DNA of 47,881 bases from contig KZ537959.1 in NCBI GenBank assembly GCA_000934665.2, positions 186,001 through 233,881 of the forward strand. Direction: 5' to 3'. The stretch comes from Catajapyx aquilonaris (taxonomy: Eukaryota). The notes under the pieces are model-generated. The model saw only the letters and a list, made by a program, of their open reading frames with translations. It did no database searches and had not been told where the DNA came from. Position numbers and translations under genes: made by a program. Below are positions 10,922 to 23,527 of this stretch, piece after piece (position 1 is the stretch's first letter; each line of letters starts with the position of its first letter).

Positions 10922-13820
10922 TGCGATGCGCATCTTGCTGTCAAAGCTTCCCCGTCCATGGCTGGTGGATGAGAAGAAGGATGATGGTTACACGGCCTTA
11001 CACCTTGCCTGCCTCAACAATCATGTGGAGGTGGCTGAATTGCTGGTCCACCAGGGGCGAGCTTCCATGGACCTACAGAATGTGAACCTGCAGACAGCCC
11101 TGCACCTGGCTGTGGAAAGGCAGCACACCCAGGTGGTCCGTTTGTTGGTTAGAGAGGGGGCTAATCTAAATGTTCCGGACAAAGATGGAGACACACCGTT
11201 GCATGAGGCCCTCAGGCACCACACCCTCAGCCAGCTCCGGCAGCTGCAGGACATGCAGGATGTAGGAAAGAACTACAACGGCTTGCTAATGGGACTCGGG
11301 GGACACGGAGCTGACAAGAAATCATCTGCTTCCATTGCTTGCTTCCTGGCTGCCAATGGTGCTGACCTGGCTCTCAAGAACAAGAAGGGTCAGACACCAC
11401 TTGATCTGTGCCCAGATCCAAACCTGTGCAAAACTCTGGACAAGTGCCACAAAGAGAGAACTACGTAAGTGCCCCAACAAATTCCTGAATATCTGTTATC
11501 TTGAAACAATGCTGTCAACATTTATAATTATGGCTCTATTCTAATTAGTTAGTTATTTTGTGCAGATCAGAAGTTGTGTCATCACTCAAGTTTTCTTGCT
11601 AATGATTAAGACATTTTACTTGACTTCCTTTGATTACTTTGCATTTGGTTGTATTCATCCTGAGAAATACATAATACAGAGACCATTGGTTGTACTCTAC
11701 TAACATTGTGTATTGCATTTTCAAGGTCTGGTGCAGATGCAATGGTTCGATCCAGTTCTGGTGGTGCTGGAGGAGAGCCTGAGTCTCTTGAGGAGTGCCT
11801 AGTGTGCTCAGATCAAAAGAGGGACACCTTGTTCGGACCCTGTGGACACATAGCCTCATGCTACTCATGCTCTGCCAGAGTCAAGAAATGCCTCATCTGC
11901 AGGAACAATGTCCTCAACCGAACCAAAGTATGTGTTCTTGGAGGTTAACCTCAATTTTATGGGAATTGCATATCTTGTTGTAGTGGTCTTAAAGAAAAGG
12001 TTCCTATGCATGAAGCAAACATTCAAGTTTTTCCTGTCCTGATCAGTAGGAGAGCAAATTAAAATACAGTAAAACTTCTATAAGTCGAATCTCCATGGGA
12101 CCGGAAACAAACTTCGAGTTATAGAAGATTCGAGTTATAGAAGATTCGAGTTAGGGAAGTTAGGAATTTTTTAAGCACATAACTCTATAAGGAAGCCTAC
12201 CTTCATATCCAGCAACGAAAGGTGTTCATAACTTAATAATATCTGTCACTATCAGTCTATCACACTTACAATGTTCCTTGTTGTTTTGGTGTAAAAAAAA
12301 ACTCAGTGAAGGACAGTGAAGCCTACTCTTAGATCCAAGGATTCAATTGTCACAATCGAGTCAAACACTTCTTTGGTACGTCTGGTAGATGGAGATCAGG
12401 AAATTGAGCCTCTCTGTGCATGTGGCCTACTCTCGAATGTTTGGCTGGGAAATTAGAAAATTTTCCGTACTCGCCAACATGAACTTCGACTTAGGGAGAC
12501 TGAAAATGCATTGATATCCCATCGTAAGGCCCTGCCAACACTTCGAGTTATAGAAATTCGAGTTAGGGAAGATCATTTCCTATTATTTTACATTGTGGCC
12601 AACCAAGCTCGTCATTTTCTTGGACTTATAGAGAACTTCGACTAGGGAAGTTCAACTTATAGAAGTTTTACTGTAGTTTTGAAGTTACTCTCTCTGTCAA
12701 GTTTTGAGCTACAAGGGGAATTGGTCCCTTGCAGATCCTATTTAAAACAGTGATTTATTTCATATCCATTTAGAGAAAAATATTTCCAAATGCAAAAAAT
12801 GCCATTGTCTTAAAGTGTAAATTATATGATACACTTAATTTTTTAGTCAAATAGCAAAAGAAGGTGTGAATACTCAATGGGCATATGATTTAACATTACT
12901 CTCTGCTGTAGCAGGACCTCTTGCAAGCGACTTTCCTGTGCCAATCACCCTAAATTGCTCTTCTGTTTAGCTTATTTCTACTCTACACTGTATTAAAGAG
13001 CCTTGAAGCATAGCCAATTTGTTATCATTGGTTAAATTCTGCAATTTACTAGATTTTCCTTCAGTTTCATGAGTGGTCATGATATACTCTACTCTGTCAT
13101 GTTTTCAGCTTGAGGAGTGTGTGGTATGTTCTGACAAGAAGGCATCAGTGATGTTCCGTCCCTGTGGTCACATCCTAGCTTGTGATGTTTGTGCTGCCCT
13201 AATGAAGAAGTGTGTTCAGTGCCGAGCCCAAATTGAGAGAACAGTGCCATTTGTTGTCTGTTGTGGAGGAGTTGGTAAGTATGCATGAGGATCACGGGTA
13301 CATGAAGCTAATACTTATAAATTGTTAACCATGATTTTCCCTGCAATTTTTGAAACACCACTCTCATAACCATTTCAGGAAAGCACAATTGTAATGTGAA
13401 TACAATTTTAAGAGACAACTGGCATGTATGTTTCACTGAGTAAAATCTCTTTCAGCTCCTCCTGAGCCATCAGTATCTGCCCAGAGCTTGCTTGTTGATA
13501 ACACTACCGGAGGTGTGGTGGGAGGAGGGGCAGCAGCAGCAGCAGCAGCAGCGGCGGCGGCAGCAGTAGGGGCCAGCAGCGGGATGGGTGCCCTGATGAA
13601 TAATGGTATTCGAGACACAACCCCATCAGAGTCTGATGTGCAGAAGCTCCAGCAGCAGCTGCAAGACATTAAGGAGCAGACCATGTGTCCAGTCTGCTTG
13701 GATCGACTCAAGAACATGATCTTCCTCTGTGGACATGGGACCTGCCAGATGTGTGGAGACAGAATGTCAGAATGCCCAATCTGCAGAAAACCAGTGGAGA
13801 AGAGAATCTTGCTGTACTAG
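10922..13820 (+). CDS. mib1: E3 ubiquitin ligase Mind bomb 1, 3' part (ankyrin repeats + three RING fingers); 5' exons lie outside the window
   Basis: Exons 10922-11464, 11726-11927, 13109-13274 and 13456-13820 are GT-AG and phase-consistent. [29 protein letters not shown] and the C-terminal [44 protein letters not shown] are characteristic of Mib1. Confidence 0.98.
12067..12673. mobile_element. Tc1/mariner-pogo-type MITE (607 bp) in mib1 intron
   Basis: TIRs CAGTAAAACTTCTATAAGTcGAA / TTCaACTTATAGAAGTTTTACTG, TA on both sides, subterminal TTCGAGTTATAGAA repeats. Confidence 0.9.
13530..13566 (+). repeat. (GCA/GCG)n encoding a poly-Ala tract in Mib1
   Basis: Trinucleotide run in the last mib1 exon, between RING2 and the coiled coil/RING3. 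Confidence 0.9.
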
Positions 13821-15169
13821 GAAAGTCTGCAAAGATGGGAGATGCTACATGTATAGTCAATGTCTAATGATATAACCACCAAGAAAGTGATTTATTGGCA
13901 GTCAGTTACTCATCAGGAGCTGCGTAGAGGTTATTGCTATTTTTCCAAGCAGATGTTGGAAGCTGATATCTTGATGATATTTTGTATGGTATTAATTACA
14001 TCATTCATGAATGTCTAAAAATTGACATGGTTTCTGTACCCAAAAAAATGGAATAGTGTGAGTAATTGCCTGGTAGTAAGTCATCTTGAAATAGCATTTT
14101 TTTGTGGGGGGATTTTTAAATTTTAATTGCTTCGAGTGTCAGTTATGTTCTGCAGAATATCTGGTTTGAAATATAATCGTAATAATGGCATGAACATATC
14201 AAGAAAGGCAGTGATGTGATAGTTGGTTAGCCAATGGGCCACAGAATGATTTTGTCTTGAAATCCCGTTCAAGTGTTTATTTTCCTTTAAGATATTTTGA
14301 AAAGTGATGTGATCACTTTTGTTAGATTGTTTCAAAGTTCCAGGGTTAATTTTTGTTGTTTGGTCGTATGTTTGTTCTTCTGTTAGTTGTTGTGTAATGT
14401 CATTCATGCCTTGATGGTCAAAGTTGTTGTAATACTTAAAAGCCAAGCTAATCCGGTCTTTTCTCACTTGTCAGTGCATGGTAACTCCTCTGTTGGTTGG
14501 TAAACTCCTCTACCACTGAATGCTTAGCTAACCCATACAAATCCTATATGCATGTTGTGTGATATGCAGCAAGTGTGGCCAACCACTTGGCTCCAGCAAA
14601 TCTGGAAATCAGCTGGAATCTAGATCTTCTCACCTTTATTGCATGATCTGTTCTACCCAAATGTTCAAGCCTGAAACCTGGGGTTAGCATGCTAATGTTA
14701 CGAATTATTTATATATTTATGTAGTAAAAAACTAATGGTTTGAATTCATGTCATTTCCATCATGTTTAATTTGCTTCCAGTATGATCTGTAACAATATGT
14801 ACAATATGAATAGAATTAAATGTTAGTAATAATAATGGAACAAAGCATTTTATTTGTAGGACAGTAGAAAAACCCTCGCTTCGCTCACATTTTTATATGG
14901 GCAGGCCAAGAAAACCACTAGCTTCGCTCACTTTTTTCTAGGCCTGTGGCCTGTGGTGTAGGCCATGTTCTTAATGATGGTCATCCAACAATTATCCGCA
15001 TCATATGCCCCTCCCCCCTGCCCTCCCTCCTGCCTGCCTCCCCCCTCCTTACACTAACCCTTTGACAGCTAAGTACATCACAATTATTATGATGTCCTGA
15101 GGGTTTTTGAATTTGGCATGCGAGGATGTGCATTGAGAAGGCGAACATTGCGGTGCAAACTGCATAACC

Positions 15170-15300
15170 ACACCCTGACATTTTCCACGAGATTCTGTAC
15201 CTGCTGCAGAAACTTTCCAGCCACCCATTTGAAACACTAAATTTTGCCACAACATGTTTTTGGGCTATTCATTTTGCCTGATCTATTGGACCATCGGCTG
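15170..15300 (-). pseudogene. Decayed pogo/Tigger transposase fragment (CENP-B-type HTH)
   Basis: Translation FSVSNGWLESFCSRYRI resembles the FxASxGWLxxFxxRxxI motif. Flanking frames contain stops. Confidence 0.6.
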
Positions 15301-15825
15301 GGACACAGACAATACGTTGAACCTGTATCAACCCTTTCCTCTTCCCTGACATTTTAAAACTGGACTGAAACTTGGAAAACCTAAAGGCTCCAAATACCAA
15401 AAGGTTTTCACATAAGATGTTGGTTCACCAAAGCTTAAGTTTGTATGTAGGCCTACATTAGGTGGTGTAATTTGAGGTGTTTGCAAATTTGTAAGACAGT
15501 CTGGGTATCAGCATGGCATAATATGTTAGAGCCTTCTTATTTAACTAGGCTTTCATCAGTATTTTATACAATGACACACCATTTCAGAAATGACTTGTTG
15601 AATGCCTTTCTCTGAATGCATGATTTTATACATTTTGTGTACAAAACACCTTTCCGGCTTTCTGTGCCACTTCATGTAAGAATATGTTTGCAGCCAACGA
15701 CATTCTAATATGACCATACAAAAGTTCTGCAAAACGGAATTATTAAAACTGGAGACACCAACAAAGCTTACTTTAATAGTGACCTTGGTTGTTTTTTTTA
15801 ATACCGACAAATCGGCATTCACACA

Positions 15826-17436
15826 TCACAATTGCACATGATTGTCTAAGTGGCGCATTGCCTCATGTATGGTATACACTCCATGAGAAATAGCTGGGAA
15901 TGTTTTTTTCACTTTGGGTTTACAACAAGCCACCACATCCCTGAAGAACCGTATGTAGGCCACTCTGTATGCCTTAAGCCTGTAGAAAAATAATGAGATA
16001 TATTAAAGGAATATTGTCTCACCCTTCATAATAATAATAATTGCGTACAACAGAGCTGAATGTTCCACACCTGACAATGTAAATTATGAAATTGCTGGGG
16101 AAGTAGATGAAGGTGAGGAAGTTGACGTAGATGTACGGCTCTGTCCATGGGCTAACAGTGGTAAAGAGGTAGATGGAGATGTTGGGGGCCAAGGAGAGGA
16201 TGTATATGACAGCCAGAACCAGCAAGAGAGCATTCATCCTCCTTTCTCTCTCTCGTAGCTGCTGCATGATGGTAGGGCTCACATCCCTTCAAGTGAGAGT
16301 AAACTGCTAGCGTTTCAACTTAAGTGCTAGCTTTTTGTTGTAGTACATACTTGAATGTGCATATTTGAGACCAGTTTTGATGAAGCTTCACTCCAATGAA
16401 TGCTAGTGATGCGACAGTGAGGACCAAGGGAAGGGTGGCAGAGGCTCCGTATAGCTTGTTGGTGACAGGTGTGTCCACCAAAGTTGTCAAGCAATTCCCA
16501 CTGGCACGACTGTACCCAAAGCCACCTTCTATCTGTTTCAACAATGCATAAGCAAGTAAACAAAAAAGGTCTTGCTTTACAACAGATACCATCAAACATT
16601 TTTATAATACTCGTACACTAGCCATGCCAGGCACATATTATAACCAGTATAATATTAACTTGTTAAGTTGGACATGATGACTCCTAGAGGTAGAAGATGA
16701 TGCTACTCACAATGACTGCCACGGGAAAGCATAGTGGGTATATCCAGATAGCTGTCAATGCTGGAATTCCCTTACCGCTGTGGAATATAGTATTTGAAGC
16801 CTTGGGGCACCAGAGTGTCAGCGCCCTAAAATGACACAGTAGGCCTACCGTATTGCATAGCATATTTTTTTAAAAAAGGGCGATCTAGAACAGAACTGGT
16901 CTGATTCAAGAGCTTACCTGTAAAAAGTAGTGATGGCCAGCAGGAATCGAGAAGCAATCCCAAAGAAATGCATGCAGAAACCAATGACCCTGCAGCCCAG
17001 TTGTCCGAGAGGCCACCTCCTCATCAGCATATTGATGCCTCCGAAGGTCATCGCCGTGGCGCAGAAAATGCAATCGGCCAAGCTCAGGTGCAGCAAGAGC
17101 AACGTGGTATACGTCTTGACGGAACTGGAATAAGGACAAATCCGGTCAGGTGGGGAGCGAAGCGAAGTACATCAGGTATATCCTGTACCTGACAATGGGA
17201 CCATATATAGCCTACCTGAAGGGATCCCTGCATCGTCGACGGGCGTACGGCAGTGCAATCAGCGTGATGGCGTTTCCGACTGTCCCGATTATCCCAGTGA
17301 GTAGCCAGTAGAGGCCTGAGACCAAGGTGAAGGAGTAGGGCAGGTCTGGGAAGCAGCACGAGGGAGCTCCTGGCTGAAGACAAGCTTCAGAACTGTGCCT
17401 GTCGTCCCTGGTGCAAATGGTGCTGTTGTTCATCAT
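15826..17436 (-). CDS. Rhodopsin-family GPCR, Tre1/Moody-like, divergent (~364 aa)
   Basis: Exons 17436-17216, 17124-16918, 16825-16711, 16532-16351, 16286-16071 and 15979-15826 join in frame. Motifs: TM1 GTVGNAIT, TM2 HLSLADCIFC, WPLGQLGC, ECL2 FGY...C, TM7 NFIIY, helix 8 YRVAY. The start codon is uncertain. Confidence 0.85.
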
Positions 17437-18646
17437 GTCCTCGTCCTGGTTGAATGACGGTGCTTCATTTGCGGAACTCACTATTTCCCTCCTTTACATT
17501 GGCATGTCAGGGTGTCACTCATCATCACTTGTTTCACTCACCATGGGGCGAATTGTTTGGGTGGGTCCTAGAAATTGTTAGCACACTACCTGTGCATCAA
17601 TAACTTCATTAGCGGCATATTGGTGGGAGGTCATCACACCGAGAACAGGAGACAGTGTCAGGTGTGTTCTCTATTATTGGCAGTTCCTTTTCACTATTTC
17701 TCAATCTGACATAACGCCCAATGCTTTCCACCTGAATAATGTCATTTTTAGACGGCTATACATTTAGTTTTTGGTGTGATTTAATATTTGACTCAAATTA
17801 AAGACTATACGTACTTCAGAAAAATGCACTACAAAAAAAATCATAGGCAACAAATAATATTCTATATATTTATTGCACATTATCTCTATTAACCTTTTGT
17901 ACGGTACGTTTTGCGTTACATTTTATGTTATTATCATTGTTGACAAACACGCATATGCCAAGTCATTCTAATTCATTTAGTAATTTGGTTTGAACAAAAG
18001 ATGCTCTCACTACCTGGATGAATGAACCTTGGAGTGACCTTACCAGATTGATCCCGCCAAGTGTTGTAAAAGATAATGTTCGAAAGTGACAGCAGACGAG
18101 GAAGTCATGTTCCTCGTGTGCCTTGTGACGCAAACTGATTCTGAATACTCTTTTCCTTCTCATACGATGTGGTGGTAATAAGTCGAGTCACAGTGTCTAT
18201 ATGCACAACGCCGCAACTAATAAAGGGCAGGTGCATCTGGTCTCCCGGGTGTCTGATATTGTATGATAATAAACGAATGATTAACCGACACCTTTTCTCC
18301 TTCGAAGGTTACGTTGAGCGGAGTCATTACATACAGGACAACTCGAATATTGTAGCTAAAGTGTCAGTTGCCTGACAATTTCCTACCCAGATGACAAAAT
18401 GTTGAGTGGCAGGTTGTTCATTGGCACCAATAATTCTCATTTCATACACGCACATGTCAATGCCACATTATTCTGTTCCCTGTAGCACTGTAATCATTTA
18501 AGTATACAGTTGCAATGGCATCCCCCTATAATAATAGCCTTATTTTTTCGCCTCCGGAACGCTCCAGAATAAGCAAGGTCCCCTACATGGTGCCTCCCCA
18601 AAGGATGGAGGAGGCACCCATGTAGGGGACCCTGTCCAGAAGAAGA

Positions 18647-18960
18647 CCCTTTGGTGAGTGCTGTGCCACCTTTTGGTCACGGCACTAATTATTCATCAGG
18701 CGTCCACGTTCCCTTCTCGCCAAAAGTCATAACCGCCACCTATTTCCTTTCCCGCCAATACAGCAGGCCCCTGGTGAGTGCTGCCAACTTCTCATCACGG
18801 CACTAAATCATCAGGCCGCCGCCGCCGCCGCGCCGGGGAGATTAGTGGCTGGGGTCGCCTGCTTTTCCACCTAAACTCCTGAGCGCCAATTCCTTTACCG
18901 CCGAAAGTCCTTCCCGCCAAAAGTCCTAACCGCCACATATTTCCTTGCCCGCCAATGCAG
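18647..18960. repeat. Imperfect direct repeats, probably a transposon remnant
   Basis: TGGTGAGTGCTG...TCACGGCACTAA...CATCAGGC and AACCGCCAC.TATTTCCTT.CCCGCCAAT.CAG each occur twice. Confidence 0.6.
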
Positions 18961-19454
18961 GTTTGCTAACTGATTCAATATGAGCCTCAGAATATTCAGA
19001 AAGCTGTCATATAAGCTGATACTTTCAATTCACCCCCACTTTTTAACTATGCCTCCATCTTGGATCCGGATACAGCAACTTATTATGATTTTCAGCGGAT
19101 AGCTTAAGCTTAGAGTAAACCCATGAGATTAATTATTTGGCGGCGTCGCATGAACCTCCCGGAGCAAGCAAACAAGATATCAGCGGTGGGATCAGCAGGG
19201 GATTGGAGGTTGGCAAAGCCACAATAACGTTCGTTGGCCTCCGCCGTCACAAGACGGACAGTACTGTAAATGTTGCTGATACGAAACCCACAATAATCGC
19301 CCAGCTCCCGCTCCGCATTACCTAAAAATATCCTGCAGGGCAGCGAACCCTGCCTGGCGGGGCCACAACAGATGACATTGGAGATAATGGATACCCCCGT
19401 GATACGCCTCCTTCAGCTTTTTAGGGGATCATCTTTTAATTGACCGACTTTAAT

Positions 19455-19647
19455 CATTGCCTGCTCTGCTGTAATGGATTTTGATAGTGGGAGGAACGGG
19501 AGAACCCCCGAGAAAACCCACGCGAACACGGAGAGAACCCATCGAAACTCTATCCACATAAGCATACTCAGTCCGATCCGGGCATCGAAATCGGGACCTT
19601 ACAGGTGGAAGACTGCGGCGCTAACCACTCCTCCACCGTGTCGCCCA
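19455..19647 (-). mobile_element. tRNA-SINE fragment with V-domain-like core
   Basis: GGGAGGAACGGGAGAACCCCCGAGAAAACCCACGCGAACACGGAGAGAAC...AAACTC followed by the reverse complement of a tRNA-like head. A second copy lies at 36626-36785. Confidence 0.65.
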
Positions 19648-19887
19648 ACAGATGACAGTATTGTAGCGGTACCATAAAGCCATGCAGCATGACCTACACA
19701 AAAGGCAACTCCATCCCTCATGTTGCCGCGTCACTCAAATAAGTGGCAGGTTTAAAATGTACACTTGTACAGTGTGCCACAGGTATTTTTGAAACGGGCG
19801 CCGTCTGGGGTGGCAACAACGTCATATGAATTTCGAAAGAGCTTGAGGACGGCCATGTTTGATGTAGTGTGTAAAGACTGCACCAAG

Positions 19888-21292
19888 ATGTCGGCGCCCA
19901 CACTCCTACGATTCAGTGAGTTCGTTCGTTCCCTCGAAAAAAACAAAACCAACAATACGTACCTCACATGTCACAACGTTTTCAGGTGCAGGCTCTCATC
20001 TGATGCGTGCAGCACTATCGCTCACTCGCCAACCCAGATCCTATCTGTGCACCTCTACATCTCCATCCAATACACCAACTGAGTCTTCGATTAAGGAGAA
20101 ACTGAAGTCCAGTTTTCCTTCTGCCACTGCCATAAATGTGGAAGACATTTCTGGAGGGTGTGGGGCCATGTTTGAGGTGATGGTGGAGGACTCACATTTT
20201 AAGGGAATGAACACTCTCAAACAGCACCAGACAGTCACACAGGTATATTATACTGCACTGGATCTGTAACGTTCATGGAAGTTTTGAGTCCTTTTTATTA
20301 GATGCTTGTCAATAATATTGGTATCAAGATGGCAGAGAACAATCCAACATGTGCAAACCACCTCCATAATTATGTAACTCATAATGAAATGGCCAGTACG
20401 CAGGTCTTATTTAAAGCTGTTGTATCCTAGTCTTTTCATTTATACATTTAAAAACAATTTTCCACTCATACAAGTAGCCATTGGCATCCTCTCTAAGTAT
20501 TAGTCACTTTTAATTGTAGATTCAAATAGGCAAAGAAAGAGGCATTATAAACCCTATGGACACACGAATGGACATTTATCTCAGAAATTTACATGCCTGA
20601 TGGCAGCTCCCATCATGACCAATAATGCAGGTTTCCTATACTGATTGTCCCAATTCCTACTATCCAATAGCTTACTTTACTCTGGAATAAGTGGCCATTG
20701 CATCTTACTTGAACCTACTAGCTGTAACCAGTGCCGGATTTATAGGGGGGTGCAGGGTGAGAGCGCCCTGGGCCCCAAAAAGTTTAAAATATTATATTAG
20801 ATTATTAAAAATTAAAAATTAACTACTTGTGACGATACTGACGAACCTCCAGGTCCAGGCTTAAATGCTTAATTGTAAGCAATTCCTCATCGGAAAAGGG
20901 AGTCAAAGTAGTGTCGTGTCGGGAGCACTATCCACTTTCCCATGGCAGTGAATTATCCTTAGTATGAAATGGGCCCCCACCCGAAATTTATCTGCCTATG
21001 CGTCTGCCTTATTGCTGTATATTTTAATTTCTACATGAGGGAGGGGGGGGGGGGGGNGGCTAACCAGAGATCGGCCTGGGCCTCCCAAGGTCTAAATCCG
21101 GCCCTGTCTGTAACTACGTATTTATAATTTTAAATCCTTCAAACAGTTTAGCCTAGTACGACTCAGCAGTTCTTGAATCAGTAGGGATTAATTCTTTCAT
21201 TCTGGTTTGAACAGGCACTGAAGGAGCACATTCCATCCATGCATGGGATCAGGATAAACACGCAAGTCCCACCTGACAAGAAGAAGCGATGA
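19888..21292 (+). CDS. BOLA3: BolA-like protein 3, mitochondrial Fe-S factor (~120 aa)
   Basis: Exons 19888-19915, 19986-20242 and 21215-21292. Has VEDISGGCGAMFEV, KQHQTV..ALKEHIPSMHGIRI and an Arg/Ser/Leu-rich N-terminus resembling a presequence. ATTAAA at ~21338. Confidence 0.93.
20729..21106. mobile_element. hAT-type non-autonomous element (378 bp) in BOLA3 intron 2
   Basis: TIRs CAGTGCCGGATTTA / TAAATCCGGCCCTG (13/14 match) and 8-bp TSD GCTGTAAC / TCTGTAAC. Confidence 0.88.
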
Positions 21293-21474
21293 CCGTACCA
21301 TTTGTCGAAGCTAGTTATGAAATGGTAATATTGGGGTATTAAAGTTATTTGTATTCTCATTGATTTTTTTCTTTCATGCTTCACATCACAGTATTATTTG
21401 ATGGCAATTTAAATACCAGGAGACATTGTTATCATCCGCAGACCTGAGTTCAAATGGGGCAGTCTGTTATTAAA

Positions 21475-22262
21475 CCCTGGAACCGCACCGTGGGGTCTTT
21501 TCAGACCCCAAAGGAGTTAAAATGCATCGCAATGAGTGATCCTGAAGCGATAATGAGCTGAAACTCCGAATATTCCTCAAAAAAACTTCCTTTCATGGAT
21601 CAAATCCGGTTTCATAATTTTCACACCTACCGAAATGTAGGTAAGTTGTGGTTTGTGGACCCATGTTCACGTGAGGTCCGAAAGGACCCCACGTCACGGT
21701 TCCCGGCATACTCATTTGTGTCAGTTCTTATTGCAAGCTATTTTTTAGTGGAGTACCTGAGTTTTCGTCAGCGAATTTGCATCGGGCGAATATGTACGTC
21801 GGGCGAGTTGTCGTCGGGCGATTTGTGGTCGGGCGACTTGTCTTCGGGCGATTTTTATGCCAACAATGTCACTTTGAGGTACTTTATGGACAATCTGAAC
21901 ATTGTAGTATAGGCTGGGGTCCAAAAGGACCCCACGTCACGGTTCCCGTGATACGCGAAAGAAAACTCTCCACTACAAAAATGATTGGCACGGGGCCTTT
22001 ATGATCGGGTCGCCGTAACTCTGACACAGTCACTACAAAAATGAACTGTTGGCAATTTTTTACAGTAGGGCCTATATAACAGGAAGTGCATGTTTATTTT
22101 GAATTAGCGATCATTTTAGGCATTGTTCAAAGAATGATTGTATATAGTCAATACATCGAAAAGTATCATATAAAAATTAATAAAAATAAAAATATGGCGT
22201 GGGGTCCGAAAAGACCCCACGGCACGGTTAACGTAACTTTTTGGCATGGCACGGTTCCAGGG
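21475..22262. mobile_element. piggyBac-like non-autonomous element
   Basis: Termini CCCTGGAACCG / CGGTTCCAGGG, TTAA on the right and TAAA on the left. Repeated GGGGTC...GACCCCA palindromes at ~21492, 21675, 21916 and 22200, and an internal 15-bp TCGGGCGA tandem at ~21782-21852. Confidence 0.75.
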
Positions 22263-22269
22263 TTAACTG

Positions 22270-22860
22270 TCACCAGCGAAAAATCTTCTTGTTCAATTTT
22301 TCCATCGAGTCTTTCTGATGCACAAAAAGTCTTCATAACCAAGCAAAATACCAATGGATTAAGTGCAGTTGCCATGGCCCCTTGGATAATTAATCTGCTT
22401 CACAAAATATTCCTATGCCAGGTCATACATTCTTGTCATGACAGGTGTAGAATTGTGGCTTGCTTACAGAGTTTCAAAATACTTCGCGGCATTAACTTTG
22501 TGGAACATTAACAGCATGCACTTCCAAGCATGTAAATAAATGGCTAGGGAAGACAGAAAATCCTGGAATCCTGCCTGATTATGAATACTTGGGACCAAAT
22601 GAACTTGACCAGATGATAGAGCAGAAAAATTCTATTTAGTGATGTAAATAACTCAAAACCTCCAAAACAGGACTTGGTGGATTTCTCTTGCATGTCTGTA
22701 GTCATGCATATGCCACTGATAGTTTGGTCTGTAGGAAACCCCCCAAAAAATAGGTGAAAGGAAATCTACATACCCATGGCATGTATCTGGAGGAGCTTTT
22801 ACATGCATGGTCCATGTGAGGTAGCATGAACGTTGCACATTGATACCACTGTGGATCACC
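22270..22860 (-). pseudogene. Possible highly decayed Mutator (MULE) transposase remnant
   Basis: Broken-frame fragments (KYFETL, ALNPLV, TWTMHVKAPP) loosely recall MULE motifs, with many stops and frameshifts. Confidence 0.25.
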
Positions 22861-23083
22861 AGGAAGCGGGATTCCTGCGTTAAACAGGCTTTCGTTGCAT
22901 TTAGCGGGACATTTTTTTATGTCGCAGTAGTCCAGGCTCTGGACTGCATTGAGTACACATAGAATTTGTCATATAACTCTTGCCTCACTTGCTGTAAGTT
23001 GAAAAGTGAGCATGAAAGTGATGGCAGAGGGAACGGACCGGAACGACAGGTGCGCTGAGTGGGACGCGAGGAACGGAGGACCA

Positions 23084-23226
23084 CAAGATGGCGTCGCTTC
23101 GGTAGACAGACGCTTCTCTTCTGAATCTCCGTCTCTCCGGCTTTGGCCTCTGGGTGTTCTCGGCGGTGATACCACGCCGCACTCTGCCCTGCAATCAACG
23201 GGACTAGGACCGCCACAGGAGACCAG
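23084..23226 (+). promoter_or_regulatory. Probable BRD7/9 promoter and non-coding first exon
   Basis: CpG-rich patch with YY1-type CAAGATGGCG (23084-23093) and donor CAG|GTGAG at 23226. The coding ATG at 24151 directly follows an acceptor TTTTGCAG|A. Confidence 0.55.
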
Positions 23227-23527
23227 GTGAGGAGGTGTCGGAACACATTCACGTCACATCTCACCATTGCTGCCGGTTGCCAGATAAAGAGGTGGAATCA
23301 GTCGATGGCCTGCCCCTGTCTTGAAGCAGGGCAGTCAGCCAAGTATGCATGCCTCTGACTCTACTCTGCTCCGACCATCTGCCTGTCAAACCCCCCAGTT
23401 GTTTGTAACCACCATTTTGGAAGCAGTAAACTCATTCTGACAGGTGCAGGGGACTTCATCTCACGTTCGCCATGATTGACATGGGGGTGGAATTGAGCCT
23501 TCATTGGTAGGTAGATCAGTGAGGGGG

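Noticed and set aside
12113..12160. Short tandem TTCGAGTTATAGAAGA repeats resembling a CRISPR-like array
   Set aside because: No unique spacers; these are subterminal repeats of a MITE in a eukaryotic intron.
12714..12732. TTGGTCCCTT resembling the miR-133 5' end (also GGGGACCAA near 36206 and 37481)
   Set aside because: Only 8-9 nt match, with no precursor structure.
21038..21060. Poly-G run with an N (also poly-G at ~9642-9663)
   Set aside because: Homopolymers of uncertain length, likely affected by sequencing error; no functional claim can be supported.
21228..21235. miR-1 8mer site ACATTCCA in the BOLA3 last coding exon
   Set aside because: A single CDS site, compatible with chance.
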